DNA from: Takakia lepidozioides
Taxonomy: Eukaryota > Plantae > Bryophyta
NCBI GenBank assembly: GCA_030704615.1
Contig: CM060734.1
Coordinates: 2,108,001 to 2,172,000 of the forward strand
Length of the DNA: 64,000 bases
Reading direction: 5' to 3'
Of the stretch, positions 35,917-49,700 are shown one piece after another. A program made the translations under genes and the position numbers. Position 1 is the first letter of the stretch. Each line of letters begins with the position of its first letter. The notes beneath the pieces are model-generated. The model was not told the DNA's origin, searched no databases, and worked only from the letters and a program-made list of their open reading frames with translations.

Positions 35917-38900
35917 ATGGGGTCGGGCAAGCCAAAGCGAAAGTGGAACGGCCCAAAAGATGATGATCCTGGTGAGCCCGATGGGGGCGACGTGTCACCG
36001 AGGCGGCCGTTTGAGGAAGCGATGCATGTTTCCGAAAACGAGGCCGCTCAAGAGCGGGAGGAATCCGAGGAGTCGGAGCCCGAGGAATCATTGAGAGCTC
36101 CGACAAACCAAGAGATGCCTCCCATGCCGACAGCCTTTTGGGAAAGGTTGTTGGCGCAGTTTGGCGGGACGTTGAAAGACGTGTTGAAGGCGGCTAATGC
36201 CACTTCCACTAAGGCAAAGTTTAAGGTGAAGCCTAAGGAACCCGACACCTTCGAGGGCGTCCGAAATCGGAAGGCACTCAACACCTGGCTCCTGGAGCTA
36301 GAGCAGTACTTCCGGGTGGCCAAGTTGAGTGACGAAGATCGGGTGGAAGTGGCTCCCACCTATTTGAGGGGCTATGCTCAACAATGGTGGCAGAAACGCC
36401 TTCACGACCGAGGTCCAAGTCCGAAACCTTGAACTGGAATGGGTTCAAGGAATTGATGAAGAGAAAGTTTGTGCCCCTCAATGCGTCCTGGCTTGCCCGG
36501 GACAAGATGAGGAATTTGAAGCAAACAGATGACATTCGGGGATATGTCCAGGCTTTCAATGTGCTGTTGCTCGAAGTCGCGGATATGGCGGAACCAGAAA
36601 TGGTCTTCAACTTTGTGGCGGGGTTGGCCCCATTGGCCAGGCGGAAGTTGGAGGAGAAGCCACCTAAGACTTTGAATGAGGCAATTGAGAGGGCTGAATG
36701 TTTCTCAGATGTCCCTAGGGGTGAAAGACAAGGCCGTACGGAGTTGAACCACAAGAAGACCCGGCGGGAAGGTGACTCCTTCCGACCGGAAAAGAAGTGG
36801 GATAGGCCACGCGGCGACAACAGCATGTGGAAATCGAAGGGAGGGCCATCACAAGTCAAGGCGGCACCCGGTGCTTCAAAAGGAAAAGCGGGTGGAGCGG
36901 CCTATGGCGGACAGAAGGCAACCTTTGATGGAGTGTGTTTCAATTGTGGGGAGCCCGGGCACATGGCCAAGAAGTGCACGAAGCCCCGGCAATTGAACAT
37001 GACTCGGGCGACCACAGAACTGTCGGAAGATACCATCAGCCGCTTGGTGGAAGCGGTGGTCGCCAGGACTTGCAAGGTAGGCAAATATTCTTGTGAGTTG
37101 TATCAGGAAACTGGCGCATTGCGTAAAGGGAGTCACTTATTGTTCGTGGATGGGATAATATCCGGAACTAACGTGTCATTGTTGGTGGACACAGGAGCGT
37201 CGCACTCCTTCATGACACCGGCAACAGCACAAAAGCTGGGACTCCCGACAACTGACATAGGGGCCTCTATTGAGGTGCATTCTGCCAAAGGAGAACCGCA
37301 ATTGGCGACGAGGTTGACGTTCGATGTTCCTCTTCAACTGGGGAGTTGGGAGGGACGTAAGAACTTCACCGTCTGCGAGATTGATGGAGTGGATCTCATT
37401 TTGGGGATGACCTTTTTGAGCAAATCCGGAGCGGTCATAGATGGCCGCAAGAGGGTAGTCACGCTGCCATGTTGGAATGGTGGCAAGGTCTTACGAGTTT
37501 CGGAAATGCCCAAACCCGTGGGAGGGCGAATAAACCTTCTATCAGCAAGGGAGTGGGCCGTGGAGGAGGCACACGAGCCCCAGTTTTTGCTCTACATTAG
37601 AGAAGTGAAGGGAGAAGGCGATGGAGAGCCGAGCCCAGATTGGATCAAGGGGATTTTGGAGAAATACCATGATGTGATGCCGGAGGATTTGCCAAGCGGC
37701 TTGCCACCGCGAAGCGGAGTTGACCACAAGATTGAGGTGATACCGGGATCGGAACCGCCTGCCAAGGCGCCCTACCGGTTGAGCCACAGAGAGTTGGTCG
37801 AGCTGAAGACTCAGCTCAAAGATCTAATGTCAAAGGGGTACATCCGGCCGAGTAAGTCACCTTACGGAGCCCCGGTGCTATTTGCAGATAAAAAGGATGG
37901 GACGCTGCGGATGTGTGTCGACTACAGGGCTCTGAATAAGGTGACTATCAAAAACCGGTACCCTTTGCCAAGGATCGACGACCTTTTCGATCGGTTGGCA
38001 GGAGCGAAGTATTTCAGCCGGATCGATCTGCGCTCCGGCTATCATCAAATTTGAGTGGCGGAAGGAGATGAGGAGAAGACCGCGTGCAGGACAAGGTACG
38101 GTTCATACTAGTTTTTGGTGATGCCTTTTGGGCTCACCAATGCACCCGCGACCTTTAGCATGCTAATGAACAGCCTTTTTCAGGAGTGGTTGGATGACTT
38201 TGTGATCGTGTACATCGACAACATCTTGGTGTACTCGAAAACAAAGGAGGAGCACCTGGAGCACCTCAAAAGGGTATTCCAAAAATTGTGGGAAGGGAAG
38301 CTGTACGCCAAAGCTTCAAAGTGCGAATTCGGGGTCACGAAAGTGGAGTTCTTGGGGCATGTGATTACACAGGATGGGATCAAAATGGATGACAGAAAGG
38401 TGAGGGCGATCTTGGACTGGGAGCCTCCGACTTCGGTCCCGGGAGTGCGATCCTTCCTAGGACTCGCCTCCTATTACCGGAAGTATGTGAAAAATTTCGC
38501 CAATATCGCGGGGCCGCTGTCCGACCTTCTGTGTAAATCCAAAGTCTGGGCATAGAACACTTTTTGTGGCCAAGCTTTTGCTGAATTGAAGCAGCGGATG
38601 GCGGAAGCTCCAGTCTTGAAAATCCCCGAGTTCGATCGTCTATTTGAGATTCATACAGATGCATCGGACTTCGCGATTGGGGGTGTACTTATGCAAGATG
38701 GACGTCCAGTGGCTTACGAAAGTAAGAAACTGAATGAAGTGGAGCGACGGTGGCCGACGCACGAAAAAGAGATGAAGGCGGTGGTGCATTGCCTTGAGCT
38801 CTGGCGCCACTATGTTGGTTCCAACCCAGTGAAGGTGTTCACGGACAATGTCACGGTGAAGTATTTTGCCACGCAGCCCAAGTTGTCCCCAAAACAACTT

Positions 38901-40481
38901 AGGTGGCAAGATACTTTGGCAGTGTTCGACGTGGATATCCAGTACAAACCGGGACGAGACAACGTGGTAGCCGATGCTTTAAGTAGAAAGCAGCAGCTCT
39001 TGTTGGTGCACAGGGGCGAGACAACGCTCCAAAGGAAGATCCGGAAGGCTTGCCGGAAGGATGAGCTTGCGAAGTCCGTGATGCATGACTTGAGGATGGG
39101 GGTTCAATCGCAGTTCCACTTGCAAAATGGACTGCTCTGGTATAAGCAAAAGCGTCTCTACGTGCCGAAGGGAGGGATCAGGGATAGTCTCTTGAGAGAA
39201 TGCCATAATAGCCCGCTTGCGGGCCACGGCGGAGCCAAGCGCACTGCGGCACTCTTGAAGAAAGAGTATTTCTGGCCCAAACTGAGGGAGGAGGCAGAGG
39301 AGTATGTCAAGACATGCACCACATGCCAACAAAACCGGAGCGAGTACAAAAAGCAAGCGGGGCTGTTACAACCCTTGCCGATTCCAGAGGGGACTTGGGA
39401 AAGCGTCTCGATGGATTTCATGACTGCTATGCCGCTGTCAAAATGATTCGATGCAATCATGGTGGTGGTGGAGGATAGGTTCAGTAAAATGGGCCATTTC
39501 ATCCCCACCAAGGAGACGGCAACGGCGCAGGAGACAGGGCGACTTTACTTTGCCCACGTCTTAAAGCATCATGGAGTCCCGAAGGATATTGTCTCGGACC
39601 GCGATCCAAAGTTTACCAGTAAATTTTGGAGGACACTTTGGAAGAAGATGGGGACGAGGCTGAAGATGAGCACCGCATTCCGACCTACGACGGACGGCCA
39701 AACGGAAAGAGTGAATTCCATAGTGAAGCAATTCTTGCGGAATTACGTGTCGGCAGACCAATCAGACTGGATGGAACACTTAGACGCGGCAGAGTTCTGT
39801 TATAATAACACAAAACACTCCGCAACGGGAGTTTCCCCTTTCGTATTGGTCTATGGAAAAGCACCTCTGGTGCCGACAAGTTGGGCCGCCCAGGACGTTG
39901 AGGAACCGGCAGTAGCGGAGGTACTAGAAGAATGCGAGCGTTTGTTGAAGCTCGCAAAGTACAACATTGCCAAAGCTAGGAAACGGTATGAAAGGCAGGC
40001 GAATCGAAAGCGGAGGGAAGTGAAGTTTGAGGCAGGCATGGAGGTCTGGTTGAACATTAAGAATTTCCGACTACCTCCGGAAGTGAGTCCGAAGTTTGTA
40101 CCTCCATATGCGGGACCCTTTCGCATTCGGAAGGTCATGAATGAGGATGTGTATGAATTGGAGCTGCCGGCAAACAGCAAGGTGCACCTAGTATTCCATG
40201 TCTCCCTTTTGAAGCCTTGTTTCAAAGACGAAGTGCGTCCGAATCGGCATCAACTGTTGCGTCCGCCACCTATGCTGTTGGATCATGAAAATGAACCTGA
40301 GTACGAGGTGGAGGCAATACTTAAGTCGAGGAGGTTCAAGAACCGAGAAACGGAGTATCTCGTCAAATGGAAGGGCTATCATCAGGTGGAGGCATCTTGG
40401 GTGCATGCCTCAGAAATGGGAAACGCATCCGAGGCGGTTGCAGTTTTCGAAGGGCGACCTCAAAAGCGGAAGAAGCGTTGA
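35917..40481 (+). pseudogene. gag-pol polyprotein (Gag, zinc knuckle, PR, RT, RH, IN, chromodomain), disabled
   Basis: [25 protein letters not shown] (YIDD mutated), HTDAS, SDRD..DGQTE, EYEVEAIL..YLVKWKGY; frameshift ~36420 and stops at ~38052, 38108, 38553, 39444. Confidence 0.96.
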
Positions 40482-41386
40482 TGGGGACATCAACCTTGGA
40501 GCATGGGGGAGGAAATGCATGCTTAGCCCGGCTTAGCTAGCTTAGGAATCCAATTGCAAAAACTTGTATTGTACAAAACGTGCTATAAATGAAATGGCTT
40601 CCAAATATTGTGCGTCCTATTTTGTTTGGAATGTTGATGCATGGTATGGTTGGCTAGTGTGTAGAATGCATGCCAGCTTATAAAAGTGGGAGAGGTAAAT
40701 TGGGTTAACCGTGTGTTTGCGTAGTGCCGAAATCGGGTGACCCCCATCCAAGGGGCAAGGAAACTTGTGCCTTCTTTGGGAGTTCACGTGCTAGTGCGCA
40801 CCTGGCGCGTGCGCGTACTATAATTGCGCTACCGAGAGGGTTGCCTTGTAGTGCGGGCTAACGCGGAAGTCACGTGCTTCCGTTCACGTACTATAATCGT
40901 GTAGCCTCGGGACGAAGTCATAGTGCGGCTTCGGCGTGTTCCCATACCTCAGGCCAGCATTCCAAGGCGGACCCAATTGTAGTGATTGGGGCGCACGGTT
41001 GGTTCAAGGTTATCTTCCTAGTCAAAGAGGGTTCCATGTGAACCCTTGCTCAAGGTGATGCCAAAAGCGGCATCATGAGCGGTCACAAACAATGTTGTTG
41101 CAGTAAGGCGATTCGATCCTCGGGGAGGATCGTTCCTTGGCCTTGAAGTAGGCCAAGAAGAGTGCACTGGGAGGAGCTTGAGAGGCTCCACTCTTGGCTG
41201 GGACTTGGAGGAAGTCGGCCGAACTAGCTAGTGGAGAGTAGAGTCAAGTGTGGGGTTTGGTTCTTTGCCATGGGACGCCATGGTACGGAAACAAACTCAT
41301 TGATGTGGGACGCCACAACTTGGATGTTCGTTTCTACAAAATGGACAAGTCGATGAGGACATCGACTCCCTGTTGGTAGGGGTGTG

Positions 41387-42113
41387 TGTCGCGGCCCTTT
41401 GCCTTGAGGGCAGGGGGTCAGGACACATGAGGGGCTGCCCCTGTGGTGGGGGCAGCGGCAGCGGTAGGTATGGGGGGCTGAAGCACCCTTGAGTGCCCAA
41501 GGCACTCAAGGAGGCGGAGGCGCTCACTAGGTGGAGCCCCGCACACCGGGTTGCGGTGGGGGTGGCTCCACAAGGGGTGGTGGTAGCTTAGCAGGACTTA
41601 GTGGGGGTGGCATAGGACTCACCATGGGGGCGGAGACCTCGTGGTGGGTGTCGTGGGGAGTCTTGGGACTCATCACGGTCCATAGGGGCCGTGATGAGTG
41701 GGCCAAGACTCACCGCGACTCATCACCGGGAGTCGAGGGTTTTCGTGGTGGTTCGCCATAAAATGGCATGGCTGGTTGTGAAACCCCCACGGACAGCTAC
41801 AGAAGTATATATAGGGAGTAGTAACCCCGATAACGGTGCAAGCCCGTTGGTGACCAAAAACTAGTGAGTGAGCGAGCGTGCCGGAAAGCGACCAAAGAGT
41901 GGGGAGCTGTTCCGGACTGCCATCTACCAAAGGGAATTCCACTAGGCCCAAATAGGTGGAGGGTTTAGTGGGGGAGCGAAGGGGGCCTGTTTATGTCCCG
42001 GTGAGCAGCCGAAGCTCCAAGTTGGCCCGGCGGCCAGGTTGGGAGTCAGGCGCGCGCATCATAGCGAGTAACTATGACTTGAAGGGGAGTTTACCGAAGT
42101 GAGGTGCGCGACA
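41387..42113 (+). repeat. 3' LTR
   Basis: Near-identical to 35135-35861. Confidence 0.97.
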
Positions 42114-42850
42114 AGATCTGTTGGGGGCCAGACCAAAACCCCTTAAGAAAATTCAGAGCTCAGGAGACCACCATACCTTGATCACACTAATTGTTAGAAA
42201 TGTTTCAAGCCATAGCACACCACAATTGGAGCAATTGGCAAGGAGATAGCTGTGAGCAAATGCATATCAGCAGAGGGTGAAGCCAGACCAAGTCACATTC
42301 ATTTCTGTTGTGCCCTATCTTCATGCCAATTTCTCCAATTTGGGTGTGCTATGGCTTGGTGGATTTGTAGCAAGTAGGGTGATGAAGATATGCTAGCTTG
42401 CAGAGCCATAAAGATATTCAAGGGGTTGTGGTCTAGCCCCCAGTATGCACTTGTTGTTCAAGTTTCCAGACATTCAGCTACTTTGATGGGCCTATCTTCT
42501 TGCCAATTCCTCCATTTGTGGTGTGCTATGGCTTGGCACATTTCTAAAAACTAGTGTGATCAATATATGGTAGCCTTCATAGCTTTGGAATTTCTTAAGG
42601 GGTTGTGGTCTGGCCCCTAGCAGATCTGCACTTGTTGTTCAAGTTTCCGGACGTTCAGGTACTCAAATGGGCCTCTCTTCTTGCCAATTGCTCCAATTGT
42701 GGTGTGCTACGGCTTGAAACATTTCTAACAACTAGTGTGATCAAGGTATGGTGGCCTCTAGAGCTCTGAATCTTATTAAGGGGTTGTGGTCTGGCCCCCA
42801 ACAGATCTACACTTGTTGTTCAAGTTTTCGGATGTTCAGGTACTCAGATG
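42114..42850. repeat. Continuation of the 181-bp satellite, switching to inverted orientation at ~42250-42312
   Basis: Forward unit 42114-42249; about 3 reverse-complement units 42312-42850. Confidence 0.9.
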
Positions 42851-44104
42851 GTTCTCGTTTGCCCATCAAACACCTCTTTTGCATCCACAGTGCTCCCACA
42901 TTTGGCATACATATCAACAAGGATATTGTTCAGAATGACATCTGGTACTATTCCAGCCTTGACGATGTCACCATGGACCTCTTTTCCCTTCATGAATATA
43001 TAAATGGCTGAGCCCTAGAATACAACTTCATGGCAATGGTGCCCCTAAAGAACCGGCAACAGAAGACCTTTGTTAATATGACCAAATTTAAATTATTTAA
43101 TGCATGTTTGGCCATATCCGGGTCATATGAAACCTGTTTGACGTAGTTTTTGGGGGGATAGCTTTAGGGCTTACAATGCTACCCACCTACACCTCATTTT
43201 TGGGCTCTTAAAAAAAGTCTATAGATTTTTCCAAAGTATATTAGATTATCTATTTTTAAAAATAAAATAAATAAAGTGAAACACCTAGGAGCTACAGCTC
43301 ACAAATCAGGCTTATTTACTAGATGTGACATATAAAAATTTGAATGAAATATAAACAACTATTGTCAAGCCTTGTAGTGAGTTCAATTATTTGGAAATTT
43401 TGTATTTTTGGAACTGGCTTAATTTATTTTCATTCTAAAATTCAGCGTTGAAGTTTGGACATTGGAAAAAATGCAAATTTTGATGGTCTACGGGCACCCT
43501 CTACCTTATCAGATCAGCCCATACCTAGGTCATTAGATGGTGCCATGGCTCTAAGTGGAGAAGAGCTGGCTATGTTGGCTACCATATTTCAAGCTAGTTT
43601 CGTATGACCAAACATTGTTTTAGTTGAGGAAAGTGCTTCAGAGAATGAATACTGTGATTCAGATTCATATTCAAAATAAAGTTGATTGTTTGGAACCATC
43701 TGTTCAATAGCATCATCCTACAATGATTTGAACACTTGTATGTTTTTTAAAGTCTGCCACAGGTGCACAAACCACTTAAACATTTTCATATATCACCACA
43801 AGAGTGGTACCAGTCACTGAGGTGTCTTTAACCACTCACAATCTACCACCGTCCAATCAACCAATCACTTTGGTGTCTTTAACCACTCACTATGTATCAC
43901 TGTCCAAGTGGTACTAATTACTGAGGTGTCTTTAACCACATAACATTAAAGAACTAACATGAGAGACTGAAGACCTGGCTATGTTGGCTACCTGCATTCA
44001 AACGGCATTTGTACAACCAACCGCTATTCCAGTTGAGGAAAGTGATTCAGAGGGTGACGAATATGTTTCGGATTCAGAATAAAGTTTATTGTTGGAACCA
44101 TTTG

Positions 44105-45885
44105 TTCCATCGAAGGTCGCCTTCTGTCCGCCATAAGCCGTTGCACCTGATTTTTCTTTCGGAGCACCGGGTGCCGCCTTGACGTGTGAAGGCCCTCCCT
44201 TCGATTTCCATGTGCCATTGTCACCGCGTGGCCTATCCCACTTATTTTCCAGTCGGAAGGAGTCACCCTCCCGCCGAGTCTTTTTGTGGTTCAGCTCCGT
44301 ACGGCCTTGTCTTTCGCCCCTAGGGACATCCGAGAAACATTCAGCCCTTTCAATTGCCTTGTTCAAAGTCTTAGGTGGCTTCTCCTCCAACTTCCGCTTG
44401 GCCCATGGGGCCAGTCCCACCACAAAGTTGAAGACCATTTCTAGTTCCGCCATATCCGCGACTTCGAGCAACAGCACATTGAAAGCCTGAACATATCCCC
44501 GAATGTCATCCGTTTGCTTCAAACTCCTCATCTTGTCCCGGGCGAGCCATGACGCGTTGAGGGGCACAAACTGTCTTTTCATAAGTTCCTTGAACCCACT
44601 CCAGCTCAAGGTTTTTGAGTTTGGACCTTGGTCGTGAAGCCGTTTCTGCCACCATTGTTGAGCATAGCCCCTCAAATAGGTAGGAGCCACTTCCACTCAA
44701 TCCTCGTCACTCAACTTGGCCGCCCGGAAGTACTGCTCCAACTCCAAGAGCCAGGTGTTGAGTGCCTTCCGATTTCGGACGCCCTCGAAGGTGCTGGGTT
44801 CCTTAGGCTTCACCTTAAAGTTTGCCTTCGTGGAAGTGGCATTAGTCGCCTTCAACACGTCTTTCAACGTCCCGCCAAACTGCGCCAACAACCCTTCCCA
44901 AAAGGCTGCTGGCATGGAAGGCATCTGAGCCTCCGGGAAGTCCTCGGGCTCCGACTCCCCAGATTCCTCCCGTTCTTGAGCGGCCTCGCTTTCAAAAGCA
45001 TGAATTGCCTCCTCAAATTGCCGCTTTGGTGACACGTCGCCCCCACCGGGCTCACCCGGATCATCATCTTTCGGGCCGTTCCGCTTTTGCTTTGGCTTGC
45101 CCGACCCCATGATGAGGCCGATCTCAAGGACGATCGTGTACTGAACTCTAAGCTTTGATATCAAGTGTCGTGCACCTCAGTTCGGTAAGCACCCCTTCAA
45201 GTCATAGTTACTCGCTTTGATGCTCGCGCCTAACTCCCAAACTGGCCATCGGGCCAACTCGGAGCTTTGGCTGCTCATCGGGACATAACGGTCCCCCTTT
45301 GTTCCTCCAATAAACCCTCCACCAATTTGGGCCTAGTGGAAATTCCCTTTGGTAGATGGCAGTCCGGAATAGCTCCCCACTCCTTGGTCGCTTTCCGGCT
45401 CGCTCGCTCACTCGCTAGTTTTTGGTCACCAACAGGCTTGCACCATTCTCGTGTTTACTACTCCCTATATATACTTCTGTGACTGTCCGCGGGGGTTTCA
45501 CAAACAACACCATCCTTTTATGGCGAACCACCACGAAAACCCTCGATTCCCGATGATGAGTTGCAGTGAGTCTTGGCCCACCCACCACGGCCCCATTGGA
45601 CCGTGATGAGTCCCAAGACTCCCCACAACTCCTACCACAAGGTCTCCGCCCCATGGTGAGTCCTATGCCATCCCCACTAAGACCCACTAAGACCCACTAA
45701 GCTACCCCCATTCCTCGTGGACCCACCCGCACCGCAACCCGGTGTGCGGGGCTCCACCTAGTGAGCGCCTCCGCCTCCTTGAGTGCCTTGGGCACTCAAC
45801 AGTGCTTCAGCCCCCGTTCCTATTGGTTCCACTGCCCCCACCATAGGGCAGCCCCTTTTGTGTCCCGACCCCCTGCCCTCAAGGC
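44105..45885 (-). mobile_element. Truncated chromovirus copy (5' LTR 45166-45885, PBS, gag fragment)
   Basis: Matches 35135-36930 in reverse; the LTR lacks its outer ~14 bp where MULE copy B begins. Confidence 0.92.
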
Positions 45886-46715
45886 GAGGTTTACTATTTC
45901 ATGAGCAGAAACCATGAGCCATGAGCCATGAGCCGCATGAGCCGCATGAGCGGTGAGCCGAAGTCTAAGACACGCGGATTTCATGAGCGGACTCCTCCAA
46001 ATTTGGAAATGCGGCAAATTAAACAAGTATTAAAATAATAGTTTTTTATTTGACCTTGCCGTTTTTGGAAGTTCCAGATCCTGTAATGCGGCGAAGATAT
46101 GTCGTCAGTAACAACTCCGCTCATGGTTTTTTAGATCCGCTCATGGAAATGAGTGACCGTGCAATGAGAAATCCAGTATACCACGGCAAAAGGACGTCGC
46201 ATACTGGCCTGTATAGAGTATTCCGCGGCTTTACATGCCTTAACATTGGAATGAAGCTGACCCTTTTGCCGCGATTGAACCAATGGAGTCTGCACAATTC
46301 TGTCATCTTCGAGTATTCGGCGGGAAAGGTTTGCAACTCAACTGGGAAATGCGGTGCCGCGTTAGGGTTCGCACGTGCGAAATTTCTGGGCAGTTTGGTG
46401 TTGGTGAATGCCGCATCTACCAGTACCTACGACGTTACTTGGAAATGCGGCGCCGCATTTCCTTGCCGGGGGTCGAATGAGGAAAGCAAAGTTTGGGAGA
46501 GCAAAAAAATAGGAACCCTCCAACACACAAAAATACATGCACGTGGAAACACGAGTGAATGACATAGTATTATCTTAGTTCGAGCAAAACAGGTTACTGG
46601 TAGGCAAGACATAAGTCGGACCTTTCTGTGGCCAGAGTCAGAGCTCATTGCAGCAGTACAGTTCTACTATCCGAAAAGGATGGGCGTACCATAGTGTTGG
46701 GACCGCAAGCCAAGG

Positions 46716-49700
46716 TCACTGGTCCCCTGGATCCATATTCAGAAGAGTGTGCACCTCTTGGGGGCTCAACCCTGGTGCATGTATGAAGTGATGAGTTGTG
46801 GAATTACACCGGAGTCTCTTTAGGTACACGTAGTACAGATGCTTGCAAGGGCAGTATGATGCCCCCTTGTTTGCCATGATCTGGAAGTCGGTGCAATTGC
46901 AGGTGGGTAATTCTGGAATGGTGATGGTGTACACCTCATTACGAAAAGCTGAGCCTGCCGTGGCCATCTGATACACACGCCTGAAGCCTGGTGGGGGCAC
47001 TTCTGTCGAGCTCTGGATTGTACAATTCATCCGAAGTGCATTCCCCATCCTTGTCTCGTTCACTTTTGAGGGAGGTCGCCGCCTCTTCGGTTTCCCCAAC
47101 GGTGTGTAGGATGCTTAGAGCTGTCGGGTCCCATTGTTCTTGCTCTCATAGGGGTCGGTGGTGGAGGCTGTGGAAGCGGAAATGGTTGTCTGGGGACGTC
47201 AGTGTGCTGCACCATCCAAAATCCTGCGGCGGTAAGGGCGTCGGCCTCAACCTGACTCAGATCGCAGCTTGGTTCTACCGGCCACACCGGGGGAGCCTCT
47301 GGCATTGTTTGTATGCCGTACTTGGGCTTTCCATACACGCAAATCATAATGTCGTGCCTGCAGAACCAGAACAGGGTGGTTGTCGCCTCCGCAAACTTTG
47401 CATGGACAAATCTTCCTGTAAAAGTAGGAGCAGAGACAACACCATCTGGATTCCTCCTTATCATCTCTAAACAACGTTGCCGTGTATCCACTCGAATTAC
47501 GGAACACCTGCCTCGAAACGACGGCTTTGTGCGAGCAATTCTCCACTGTGACGCAGACACAGTCGTCTCCACAATACTGTGTCACGAGCGGCTATCTTTC
47601 AAGAGCTCCATTCAGCCGGAGGAGATTCCACCAGCTCATTCCGTTTGTTCGATTATTCTATGACATCTGGTACACATCAGCTTTGACAATGACACCATGG
47701 ACCTCTGCTCCATTTTCCAGGGCTGCCAGGCTCGCATTTGGCATAGGTGTCCACCAGAGCAGAGTTTAGAATGACATCCGATACATTTCAGCTTTGACAA
47801 TATCACCGTAGGCCATACTGCATAACAGCGGGCGGAATCTGGGGCAAGCGAGCGGTGGGAATTTCTCGCACGGAATCCCCGCTTGAAGGCGATGGCGATC
47901 TGGAATTTCTTGGGCTTCCACTGCTGGAAGACACATTGTGCGGCAACATGACGGGCCCTCGAGGTGCTGTCCGAATGTTCCTGTCGGATCTCTAGGAATC
48001 CTCTTCGCACCCAGGTTCCTCTTCAATCCTCCGCCTCACAGGGCGAGTACGGACGTCCCCCTCTAGGTGCTCACCTCTGCGGTGCAGAGGCGTCCCTTTG
48101 ATCTTCTCTCGCAATGCTGTCGTCCATTTCAGTGGATTCTTCGACCTCGAAGCTGTTCGTACCAACAATTCCTCCCTGTCCAGCCCAAAGCCCCATTGTT
48201 TCCCGCTCAGGAACTTGTAGTACGTGGCTTGTCGCATGATTGCTCTGTTGATGTCCTCCGTTGTGGCCGTCACTACGTCCACCACATGTGCGGTAGAAGA
48301 CGCTCGCCAGGAGGAGTGCACTGATTCTGCCATATTCGTGTTCGGCATGTCCGTGTCGGAATCCAAGCACCGCTCCTACAAGGACACAAACAATGGTGAG
48401 GAACCAATGGAAAGGTCCGTAATAGAAAGACAATTGCACGAAAATGACAGCATCATACCTCCCGCATGTACTGTCCGAACTGTCGATACCGGAAATGTCA
48501 CCACCCCAACCAGTTATGCAAGGCTCCTAGATTGGTTGTCTCCACTGCACCTGACGTGTTCCACCAAGCCTCGATGATAGCAAACTTAACCTCCGCGTCA
48601 TGAAATGTGGGTGCATCCTTCCACGCTGTACAAAGGACACGGTGTTCAGCCTGGAATGAGCTAGCAACAAATTTGGTAGTGTAGTGAGATAGACTCTGCA
48701 TCCAATGGAATCCACAGGATCTCTCTTTTCCCTCCATTGGAACATTGGGGTCCTCACCGTACATACGCCGCACCACTGCCCAGTTGGCCTGAGCGTTGTC
48801 TGCCATGAATCCCCTGAAATTGGGCTCTGGCAATCCCGCCCTTGCCATCTGCTCGTTTATGCCCTCCCACAGATGCATCTCCGACTGTGTGTCCTCCCCT
48901 TTCATCTCGCAGATTGCAATCGTCATGAGCCTCTTGGAGTGATAGTCATAAACATGCACACCCATAGTCACCCACTGATGGTTTGTAATTTGCTTGATGT
49001 GATCAAACATCACCCAAGCATTCGACAAGTTTCCAGTTGTCATGCGAGTGACCAAGTCGACTCCACTCCCAGGCCCACACGTCGACATTTTAAAAATGTA
49101 ACAATGATCGGATTCGCTGCCTTGCCCTGGAAACCTGCTACCTTGGATGTAGTCATATCCAGTCATTCGTTTCACCTCCAGGATTGAGTGCATGTCCGAC
49201 CCCCGGCCAAACTCCTGCTTGCAAGATACGATGTGATTCCGCACATTCGGACTACAAACGTGCGAGACGGACTCCAACAGGTCAAGCATCTCCTCTTCGT
49301 TCAAGGGCACCCGGTCTGAACCATCTTCAGACATGATTTTGCCAAGAGCAATCTTGTGGGCTGCCTTCAGCTGAATCTGCTTTGGTCTGGCTCCGGGGCT
49401 CAATTTGACCTCCTCTTTTATGATGTCGTGTGCTTCCTGCACAGCCTCACGCATGTTGCCTCTCGCCAAGGGGTGGCAGTGGACCCCAACGTGTATGCAA
49501 GCTCTAGTCAAGTCCGGGAGCAAATGGATTACGTAATATTGCTTGGCTCAGCACATGGACATGCACGTCGGTGGTTCTTTGCAATGTGCGCACTTGAAAG
49601 TACCCGCAGGAGCTTGGCTGGAGACAATGAATGGATGATGCGTTGTGCCAGTCCAATCCGTCTCGTTTCTCCGCCCTCCTTTGGAGAGAAAGTGGAAGCA

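Larger units (their letters stand above)
35135..42113 (+). mobile_element. Full-length Ty3/gypsy chromovirus LTR retrotransposon
   Basis: 727-bp LTRs (35135-35861, 41387-42113) with TG..CA; 5-bp TSD AGATC on both sides; PBS TGGTATCAGAGC; PPT before the 3' LTR. Confidence 0.98.
33311..43960. mobile_element. Non-autonomous CACTA-like element (left TIR and inverted subterminal repeats; right TIR missing)
   Basis: CACTAGAAGGAAAA exactly at the gypsy truncation point; dense ACCACT/AGTGGT motifs 33330-33640; gagtggtaaaagacac (left) is the inverse of gtgtctttaaccactc (about three copies, 43820-43940). Confidence 0.65.
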
